Source: Chloroflexota bacterium
GTDB lineage: Bacteria; Chloroflexota; UBA6077; FW602-bin22; JBHOQZ01
Reading direction: 5' to 3'
NCBI GenBank assembly: GCA_042408635.1
Contig: JBHOQZ010000606.1
Span: 1-29,673, forward strand
DNA length: 29,673 nt
Shown in pieces: positions 8,811-15,895 of this stretch. A model generated the notes under the pieces. It ran no database searches and was not told the origin of the DNA. It was given only the letters and a program-made list of their open reading frames with translations. The first letter of the stretch is position 1, and each line of letters starts with the position of its first letter. The position numbers and the translations under genes were made by a program.

Positions 8811-8921
8811 CCCCACGACCTGCCGCCTGACTCCTGCTGGCGTTGACCCGCCTCGTGTTGTGGCGATTGGCTGCCCATGCCCGACAGGCATGGGATCTCC
8901 AAAGGTCAGGAGCTCAGCTAC

Positions 8922-8974
8922 TTGACGCCCTCCGTCTCAGGCGCTAACGTATCGATACATCCGTATTATCGTAT
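8922..8974 (+). promoter_or_regulatory. Sigma70-type promoter of the mer operon (TTGACG-17 bp-TAACGT) followed by an imperfect palindrome ATcCG-TATTAT-CGtAT (8959-8974), candidate ArsR operator
   Basis: -35 at 8922-8927, -10 at 8945-8950, AT-rich dyad immediately downstream, AAGGAG at 8991-8996. Confidence 0.65.
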
Positions 8975-9006
8975 AAATGCGAGACAGGCGAAGGAGAAGG
9001 CGGGCT

Positions 9007-9233
9007 GTGCGGTGGTTTTTTCTGGTCGGTGCGCTCGCGCGCCGATCACCGCGCTCTGGAGTGCGGGTATCTTGATGTCCCTGCTGCTCGCAGTGCTCGT
9101 CGCCGCGGGTCTTGGCGGTCTCACGCCAGGCGTGAATCGGGTGTTGTCCCCCTGATCGGCCTGTCCCTGCTGCTAGCCGGCCTCGGGTGGCGAGCCGGGA
9201 AGGCGTGGACGCCTGCTCGACAAGGAGGTATGA
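9007..9233 (+). pseudogene. Frameshifted small membrane protein, possibly a decayed MerF/MerT-like transporter
   Basis: RBS plus GTG 9007 gives MRWFFLVGALA; hydrophobic text continues in a second frame (APITALWSAGILMSLLLAVLVAAGLGGL) and a third (GVVPLIGLSLLLAGLGWR). Confidence 0.4.
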
Positions 9234-9237
9234 ACTG

Positions 9238-9849
9238 GTGGGCAAGCTTCGACACCCTTCTTCATTCCACCCTGGCCTCGCGTGGCTTCTCTTTGTGCTC
9301 CCGAGCATTGCTGTCCTGGCCTGCTCGCCTTCGGCGAGCAAGCCCCCCTCAGCCGCAAGTGCAGCGTCCCCCTTAGCCAATGCATCTGTATCGGCAACAC
9401 CCCAGCGCCCCAACGGAGCAGTGGGTAGCCGTGCGCCAAATTTCACTGTGGCAACGCTCGATGGACAGTCCTTCACCCTAGCCCAACAAATCGAGCACGG
9501 CCGTGCCACGGCAGTTTTCGTGATGGCCACGTGGTGCACGACCTGCATCGACCCGACAAAGCAGCTGGGCGAGCTTGCCAATATCTACCGAGAGCGCGGA
9601 CTCGACGTCTTGGTCCTCGACGTCGATCCCAAAGAAACGCCGGAGGACCTGGCGCGCTTCCGCAACCGCTTCAAGGGCGGTGACCACCTCTGGGCGGTCG
9701 ATCAGGGCAGCACCATCACCCTGCAGTACCAGATCCTAGCGCTGGAAACCTTGATCCTGATCGACAAGACCGGCCAGATCGTCTACCGTGATACGGTTCC
9801 GCGCAATCAGGGCGCACTTCGCAAGCTGCTGGAGGGAGTCCTCACGTGA
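9238..9849 (+). CDS. Thioredoxin-fold (TlpA/redoxin) lipoprotein, WCTTC active site
   Basis: AAGGAGG at 9222-9228 before GTG 9238; lipobox AVLA-C; APNFTVATLDG, MATWCTTC, LVLDVD, ALETLILIDKTG. Confidence 0.85.
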   Translation: MGKLRHPSSFHPGLAWLLFVLPSIAVLACSPSASKPPSAASAASPLANASVSATPQRPNGAVGSRAPNFTVATLDGQSFTLAQQIEHGRATAVFVMATWCTTCIDPTKQLGELANIYRERGLDVLVLDVDPKETPEDLARFRNRFKGGDHLWAVDQGSTITLQYQILALETLILIDKTGQIVYRDTVPRNQGALRKLLEGVLT

Positions 9850-10553
9850 CCTACCTGGTCGAGGGTCTCCCCCTCTTACTTGCCTTCTCCGCCGGCCTCG
9901 TCGCAACCGTGAACCCCTGCGGGTTTGCGATGCTGCCGTCGTTTGTCTCCTATCTTCTCGGGACTGAGGACGAGGGATTTGTTCAGGCCTCGGTCGTCCA
10001 CCGAGCGTTGCTGGGGCTAGGCCTCGGCCTAGCGCTCACAATGGGCTTTCTGGCGGTCTTCCTCACGATCGGCCTAATCGTGTCGTTGGGCGGGCGGGCA
10101 ATCTTGCCACTAATACCGTGGGGGACGCTGATAGTCGGTGTGCTGATGGTCGGTCTGGGCATCTGGATCGCCGCCGGTCGATCGCTGGGCCTGTCCCTGC
10201 CACACGTTGCAGCGGTCCACCCCGGCCGAGGTATAGGCGCCATTGTGCTCTTCGGGGTTGCCTACGCTGTGGCGTCGCTTGGATGCACGCTGCCGATCTT
10301 TCTGGTCGTTGTCGGTAGTGCGCTCACGTCGAGTGGTCCGCTTGCCGCTCTCCTCCTCTTTATCGCCTACGGATTGGGAATGGGGGTGGTGCTGGTCGCG
10401 GTCAGCTTGGCTGCCGCGCTCTTCCAGAGCATGCTAATCAGCCGGCTCCGTGCGGTGCTGCCCTACGTCAGCCGTCTCAGCGCCGCGATCCTGATCCTTG
10501 CGGGTATCTATCTCGTCGTATTCGAGCTCAGTTCGGGCCTCCTGCTGTCATAG
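9846..10553 (+). CDS. ccdA: CcdA/DsbD-family transmembrane electron transporter
   Basis: NPCGFAMLP and LGCTLPIF Cys motifs, about 6 hydrophobic helices; GTGA overlap with the upstream stop. Confidence 0.9.
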   Translation: MTYLVEGLPLLLAFSAGLVATVNPCGFAMLPSFVSYLLGTEDEGFVQASVVHRALLGLGLGLALTMGFLAVFLTIGLIVSLGGRAILPLIPWGTLIVGVLMVGLGIWIAAGRSLGLSLPHVAAVHPGRGIGAIVLFGVAYAVASLGCTLPIFLVVVGSALTSSGPLAALLLFIAYGLGMGVVLVAVSLAAALFQSMLISRLRAVLPYVSRLSAAILILAGIYLVVFELSSGLLLS

Positions 10554-10588
10554 CAGGAGGTACGACACTCCACATAGGGAGGGAACCG

Positions 10589-11008
10589 ATGTCTTCACGT
10601 TATGCAGCCTCGACCCTAAAGCTGAGCCAGTCAGGCGCTGGGCGCTTCCTCGCATTCATTGTGCTCGCCGGCGCTGCGCTGCTATCGTCCCCCACGGCCG
10701 ATCCGGTGACGGTGACGGCGCACCCACAGGTTGGACCGTCCATGGTCGCAGCCGCCCCTGCAGCAGCACTGGCCCAGGTGGTCTACCACCCGTCATACCT
10801 GCAGCCGGCTGTCCAGCAGGATCCCTGTTGCATCATCTCGCCGAGCGTGGCGGCGCAGCTGATTCGCCAGATCCTCGCTAAGCTGCCAGGCATCGCCGAT
10901 GTGACCGTCGACGCCGCTACAGGTACGCTCACGGTAAGCTACGACCCGGCCCAGGTGCAAGAAGAACAGATCACAGCATTGTTGACCGAGGAGTATTTCC
11001 TACCATAG
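10589..11008 (+). CDS. Exported or membrane-anchored HMA-fold (MerP/CopZ-like) protein with vicinal CC instead of CxxC
   Basis: N-terminal hydrophobic segment; C-terminal DPCC...LIRQILAKLPGIADVTVDAATGTLTVSYDPAQV matches the HMA beta-alpha pattern; GGGAGGG RBS. Confidence 0.7.
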   Translation: MSSRYAASTLKLSQSGAGRFLAFIVLAGAALLSSPTADPVTVTAHPQVGPSMVAAAPAAALAQVVYHPSYLQPAVQQDPCCIISPSVAAQLIRQILAKLPGIADVTVDAATGTLTVSYDPAQVQEEQITALLTEEYFLP

Positions 11009-11041
11009 GCATGCTGGCAGCGGTGATGGCTGCCAAAGTAC

Positions 11042-11437
11042 ATGGGAAGAGAGGCAACTTTCGTGGGAAGTAACGCAGGGACGGCGGCTGTCAGTGCCCA
11101 GGTAACGCCAGCGAGCGCACCCGATGCGCAGGTCGAGTTGCTGGCGAAGTTCTTCCGGGGGCTGGGCGATCCCACCCGGCTGCAGATTATCGAGATCCTG
11201 CTAGAGGAAGGTGAGCAGAACGTCAGCCAGTTGGTCGAACGGGTCGGGGGATTGCAGGGGCGGATCTCCTCACACCTGATGTGCTTGCGCTGGTGCGGCT
11301 TTGTCACGACCGAGCGTCGCGGCAGGTATGTTTACTATCGCGTCAGCGACGAGCGGGTGGCCGAGTTGGTGCGCTTAGGCCGACACTTGCTCTTGGAGAA
11401 TGCTCAGCAGGTGCTGGCTTGCCAGGTGATCCGCTAA
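11042..11437 (+). CDS. ArsR/SmtB-family metalloregulator, CmtR-like
   Basis: FFRGLGDPTRLQIIEIL, ISSHLMCLRWCGFVTTERRGRYVYY, and a Cys near the C-terminus (VLACQVIR). Confidence 0.92.
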   Translation: MGREATFVGSNAGTAAVSAQVTPASAPDAQVELLAKFFRGLGDPTRLQIIEILLEEGEQNVSQLVERVGGLQGRISSHLMCLRWCGFVTTERRGRYVYYRVSDERVAELVRLGRHLLLENAQQVLACQVIR

Positions 11438-11471
11438 CGAAACCTACCGGCACGGGTGATGACGAAAGACG

Positions 11472-11753
11472 ATGCCCTATCAGGCCGTCCCTGGGGAGAG
11501 CCGTGCCTTGCCCGAGGTCGAGCCGTCTCGCGATCACGCTCGGCGAGGCGTCGTACTTGAGTATCTGCTGATGGGTGCGGCCGTCGCCCTGCTGCTGACT
11601 GCACCTGAGCCCTCCCGCGCCGCGGCGGGATCAGTCAAGCAGACGGTAGCCCAGGCCCTCCGGGAGCCCCGAGCATCCGGGAACGACGCCGGGCTGCGCG
11701 AGACAGGTTGCGCGATTGCCTGCCCGTGGCCGGGTGCTGCGATTCGGAAATGA
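11472..11753 (+). CDS. Hypothetical small membrane-anchored protein with a CAIACPWPG motif
   Basis: One hydrophobic stretch (VVLEYLLMGAAVALLLTA); co-directional gap between arsR and merT; no family recognised. Confidence 0.35.
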   Translation: MPYQAVPGESRALPEVEPSRDHARRGVVLEYLLMGAAVALLLTAPEPSRAAAGSVKQTVAQALREPRASGNDAGLRETGCAIACPWPGAAIRK

Positions 11754-11820
11754 CGCCGCGGGCCGACATGCGCGACATACGCTAGCGCTTGGTTGCCCAA
11801 TCACCAAACGGAGAAAGCTC

Positions 11821-12213
11821 ATGGAAATAACGGCACAGAAGCGGCAACTGACCGGGAACTCCATCGCCCCGATAGCCGGTAGGCCGCTAGCTGGCAGCGT
11901 GGTCGCCGCGCTGGTGGCCTCGCTCTGCTGCGGCGGCTCGCTCGTATTCGCCTCGATCGGACTGGGCGCGCTCTACGCCAGCCTTGGCCTCTCGCAGTAC
12001 ATCCCCCAAGTCTTGGCAGCGGGCACGCTCACGATCGTGGCGCTCAACTGGCTCTTCTACCGCCGGAAGGCCATGGTCGGAGGGCTCGCCCGCGACGGCA
12101 ATGCGCTGCGCCGGGCAATGTACGCGAGTGCCGTGCTGGGACTGGTCATGATGGTGGGCAGTTTTCTCTTCTCACTGCCATTACCCAACCAGGCACGGCC
12201 CGAACGCGCCTGA
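11821..12213 (+). CDS. merT: MerT-like mercuric ion transporter
   Basis: AALVASLCCGG vicinal Cys in TM1, three hydrophobic segments, GGAG RBS before ATG 11821, mer context. Confidence 0.75.
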   Translation: MEITAQKRQLTGNSIAPIAGRPLAGSVVAALVASLCCGGSLVFASIGLGALYASLGLSQYIPQVLAAGTLTIVALNWLFYRRKAMVGGLARDGNALRRAMYASAVLGLVMMVGSFLFSLPLPNQARPERA

Positions 12214-12258
12214 GGCAACGGAATCGAGACGATCGCTAACCCCAAGGAGACAACGACG

Positions 12259-12606
12259 ATGGCACCTCGCGGGCTCAAAGGGTACGTGCTGCTCGGGTCA
12301 GCGCTCATCGCCTGCCCCTGCCATCTCCCGCTGATCGCCGCACTCTTGGCCGGCACCGCAGTCGGCGGGTTGATCACCGCGCATCTGGGCCTGGTGTTCG
12401 CTGCGCTGGCGGCGTATTTCGTGCTGGCCCTCGTCCTGGGCGTGCGCTGGGTCGCGTCCGCGTCGGAATCCGCGGCAGCAACGACGATCTCCCGCTGTGC
12501 CATCCCGCACGCGGATTCGGCCTCGTCTACCCCGGCTATCCTCGAGCCTGCGCGCGCATCGATGGGTAACGGCTTGGCGAGTCCTCTGGCAGAGCAGGAG
12601 CGATGA
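12259..12606 (+). CDS. merE: MerE-like mercury transporter with a C-terminal extension
   Basis: ACPCHLP motif, two TM segments, AAGGAG RBS. Confidence 0.8.
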   Translation: MAPRGLKGYVLLGSALIACPCHLPLIAALLAGTAVGGLITAHLGLVFAALAAYFVLALVLGVRWVASASESAAATTISRCAIPHADSASSTPAILEPARASMGNGLASPLAEQER

Positions 12607-13199
12607 AGGACCCCGTCCAGCAACATCCTGCCTCAGCCCACGGCGCCCAGCCGTCCCCGCGAGGGCGCGTCCTGGCCGCCATCCTCGCGATTCTCGTTGT
12701 GGGACTGGCGATTGGACTCCTGGTCGGCGGGCGCCTGAGTCTGAGTGGCGCGCGGTTCGGCCTCGCCAGCGGCCCGGCAAGGCTGGCGCTTGGGGAGCCA
12801 GCCCCCGACTTCGCCCTGGCGGCTCTCGACGGAGGCGTGATGCAGCTTGGCGCATTGCGGGGCCGGCCAGTCGTGCTCAACTTTTGGGCCACCTGGTGTG
12901 CGCCCTGCCGGATCGAGATGCCCGAGATCGCGCGCGTTCATGCGCAGTTCCGGGACCAGAACCTGTCGGTCATCAGCATCGATCTGCAGGAGGATCCCAA
13001 GATCGTCCGGGCGGCGGTCACGCGCGGTAGGTTCCCCTGGACATTTGTGGTTGATCCTGATGGGGCGGTGGCCCGCTCGTACCAGATCAGCTCGCTGCCC
13101 AGCACTGTCTTCATCGATCGAGCGGGCATCGTGCGCGAGGTGTTCGTCGGCGCGATGACACGGGAGATGCTTGAGCAGAAGGTTCAGGCATTGCCGTGA
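12603..13199 (+). CDS. Membrane-anchored TlpA/ResA-like thiol-disulfide oxidoreductase
   Basis: APDFAL, VVLNFWATWCAPCRIEMP, SSLPSTVFIDRAG with the cis-Pro present; ATGA overlap with merE. Confidence 0.92.
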   Translation: MKDPVQQHPASAHGAQPSPRGRVLAAILAILVVGLAIGLLVGGRLSLSGARFGLASGPARLALGEPAPDFALAALDGGVMQLGALRGRPVVLNFWATWCAPCRIEMPEIARVHAQFRDQNLSVISIDLQEDPKIVRAAVTRGRFPWTFVVDPDGAVARSYQISSLPSTVFIDRAGIVREVFVGAMTREMLEQKVQALP

Positions 13200-13492
13200 G
13201 CACTCTCGGGCTGGGTGGGCGGCACGCCATCGCCATCGGTGGTGCGGTGGTAGTCTCCGGGATTGGTTTCTTCCTCCTCACTGATGCGCTTAGGACTCCA
13301 CCGCCCAAACCGGTGCCGCCAGTGACCGTTGCGTCGTTAGGCGCCGCCGTCTGCCCGTTCCCGAGCGGGACGAGCGGCTCGGTTCCACCTGGAGCAACCT
13401 GCACCTTGCCCGATGCGCTCCGCTCGGCTGGTGAGGGGGTGCAAGAGGCGTATACACAACATCGGCTAACCCGAAGGCGGTGTCGCCGATAA
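13196..13492 (+). CDS. Hypothetical membrane-anchored Pro-rich protein with a VCPFPSG motif
   Basis: GTGA overlap with the tlpA stop, N-terminal TM segment, ends 18 bp before merA. Confidence 0.5.
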   Translation: MSTLGLGGRHAIAIGGAVVVSGIGFFLLTDALRTPPPKPVPPVTVASLGAAVCPFPSGTSGSVPPGATCTLPDALRSAGEGVQEAYTQHRLTRRRCRR

Positions 13493-13510
13493 GCCGAGGA
13501 GGGCAGGACG

Positions 13511-15166
13511 ATGCATGGCCAATCATACCGTATGCCGGTTACGGGCATGACCTGCGAGCACTGTGAACTCACGGTGGCTCGGGCGCTGGAGCGGGCTGGG
13601 GCAACCAAGGTCACGGCGGATTTTCGCCGTGGTGAGGCCCGCTTCACGGTGCCCGCCATGGCTGATCTGTCGGCACTGGCCGCTGCGGTAGCGAATGCCG
13701 GGTACACGCCAGGCCAGATTGAGCCGATGCCTACCGCCGCACGGTCTCGGGGCCGCCATTCTGCAGCCAAGCACCAGTACGATCTGGCCATCGTTGGCTC
13801 GGGCGCCGCGGCGATGGCCGCCGCGATCAAGGCCACCGAACAGGGTGCCCGCGTGGTGATGATCGAGCGCGGGACCATCGGTGGCACCTGCGTCAACATC
13901 GGCTGCGTGCCCTCTAAGACCTTGCTCCGGGCTGGCGAACTATTCTACCAAGCCGGGCACCAACCCTTTGTGGGGATCCAGATCCAGGCTGTCGGCGTTG
14001 ATCTGGCCGCGCTTGTGGGTCAGAAGAACGAGCTGGTGGCACAGCTGCGCCACGAAAAATACGAGAACCTGATCGCCGACTACGGCTGGGATCTGGTGCG
14101 GGGTGAAGCGGCCTTTATCGATGGGGAGACCCTGGCCGTCAACGGGCGCTCGATCCGCAGCCGCAACGTCCTGCTAGCCACCGGGGCAGCACCGGCAGTT
14201 CCCGCGATCCCTGGACTGGCTGAGAGCGGGTATCTGACGAGCACCACGGCGCTGGAGCTGGCCCACGTCCCCAAGAGCCTCGTCGTGATCGGATCGGGCT
14301 ATATCGCCTTGGAGCTGGGGCAGCTCTTTCATCACCTGGGCAGCCGCGTCACGCTGATGCAGCGCAGCCCGCGTATCCTGAAAAGCTACGAACCGGAGGT
14401 CACCGAGGCTGTTGCCGGAGTGCTTGCCGAGCAGGGGATCGAAGTCGTCACCGGGGCACGTTTTGTACGGGTCGAGACAACGGCCGCGGGCAAGCGGGTG
14501 GTGGTCGAGGTCAATGGTGCCCCCCGCGTGGTTGAGGGTGAGGTGCTGCTGGTGGCAACCGGGCGTACACCCAATACCCAGGCGCTCCATCTGGAGCGAG
14601 CGAGCGTGGCAGTAGGCGAACGAGGCGAGATCCTCGTCGACGACTGGGGCCGCACCACCAACGGCCGCATCTATGCCGCCGGCGACGTCACCTTGGGTCC
14701 ACAGTTTGTCTATGTAGCTGCCTATGAAGGCAGCGTTGTCGCCGACAACGCGCTCAACGACGCCAACCGTGCCTTTGACCTACGCGTGGTCCCTGGGGTC
14801 ACCTTCACCACGCCGGCGATCGCTACCGTTGGGTTGACAGAGGCCGAGGCCACGGCGGAAGGCTTGAGTGTCAAGACGTCGGTCCTACCAGCTTCGGCGG
14901 TGCCGCGGGCGATCGTGAACCGCGACACACATGGCGTCTTCAAGATTGTAGCCGACGCCACGACCAACCGGATCGTCGGGGTGCACGTGGTGGCTGAGAA
15001 CGCCGGCGACGTGATCTACGCCGGGGTACTCGCCGTCAAGTTCAACCTCACCGTCTCGGATCTGACTGAGACGCTCGCACCGTACTTGACGATGGCAGAG
15101 GGCCTCAAACTCGCCGCCCAAACCTTTAGCCGCGACGTCAGCAAGCTCTCTTGTTGCGCGGCGTAG
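13511..15166 (+). CDS. merA: Mercuric reductase with one N-terminal NmerA (HMA) domain
   Basis: GMTCEHC; GSGAAA FAD motif; GGTCVNIGCVPSK; GSGYIALE; YAAGDV, FVYVAAYEG; C-terminal LSCCAA. Confidence 0.98.
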   Translation: MHGQSYRMPVTGMTCEHCELTVARALERAGATKVTADFRRGEARFTVPAMADLSALAAAVANAGYTPGQIEPMPTAARSRGRHSAAKHQYDLAIVGSGAAAMAAAIKATEQGARVVMIERGTIGGTCVNIGCVPSKTLLRAGELFYQAGHQPFVGIQIQAVGVDLAALVGQKNELVAQLRHEKYENLIADYGWDLVRGEAAFIDGETLAVNGRSIRSRNVLLATGAAPAVPAIPGLAESGYLTSTTALELAHVPKSLVVIGSGYIALELGQLFHHLGSRVTLMQRSPRILKSYEPEVTEAVAGVLAEQGIEVVTGARFVRVETTAAGKRVVVEVNGAPRVVEGEVLLVATGRTPNTQALHLERASVAVGERGEILVDDWGRTTNGRIYAAGDVTLGPQFVYVAAYEGSVVADNALNDANRAFDLRVVPGVTFTTPAIATVGLTEAEATAEGLSVKTSVLPASAVPRAIVNRDTHGVFKIVADATTNRIVGVHVVAENAGDVIYAGVLAVKFNLTVSDLTETLAPYLTMAEGLKLAAQTFSRDVSKLSCCAA

Positions 15167-15895
15167 GGAGGACGACGACCCCGCCTGCGTCTGCAGTGAC
15201 GCCCGTGTGCATGAAGAGCATCCGGGCTCAAGTGAGACTCCTTGGCGCAGACCCTACAAGCATATGCTTCTAAGCGTTCGTTGTAGGACACGGGGAGCAA
15301 GAGCAGCGAGGAATCCGTGGCCGCACACGCCCAGCAGGCACAGCCGAACTCTCTGGAGCGGGCGGTGGCTCGGGTTGATGGGGGAGTCCGACCGCTGCCA
15401 GCGTCGACAGCCAGGCGATCAAGACGACGAACCCGGCGGCGCTGCCGAGGACGCCGGGGGAGAATGGGTCAAGGGGTGCAAGCGGCACCCGCGGGTGGAC
15501 ACTGACGGTCTGGTGCCGAGGGGAAGCGCTTAGCGCCGACCTGGCGGCGGTCGAAAGGGGAGGCCTGGCTAGCCGATGCGCGCCGGGCGTCCCTCGCCCT
15601 CCCTGGAGGTGGTCGGGGAAGACGGAGCCTGTCAGGGCTTGGGTGAGTGGGTCCGCTTGTGCCGTTCGCCCTCCATGCTGATCAGTCGTGCGGACTCGAA
15701 GATCGGCGCCGGATCATGGACATGGCGGCGAGCCTCTCGCTGATTGCCTGCGGCACAGCTTCATTATAAAGAGGTGGCCTCACGATCAGGAGGTGGCCTC
15801 GCGCTTATCGTCCTGGGTAGACTGCATATGTTTCGGGTGCTGTCATCGGGTCGGGTGGCGCACCGGTTCACGCAGAAGACACGCGGGCAGGAACA

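Noticed and set aside
8922-8950. MerR-type activated promoter
   Set aside because: The spacer is 17 bp rather than 19 bp, the dyad lies downstream of the -10, and no MerR-family gene is present.
9141-9176. Selenocysteine readthrough giving VLSP-U-SACPCC
   Set aside because: The overlapping frame gives a clean TM helix (PLIGLSLLLAGLGW), which explains the Cys codons as a shadow; no SECIS recognised.
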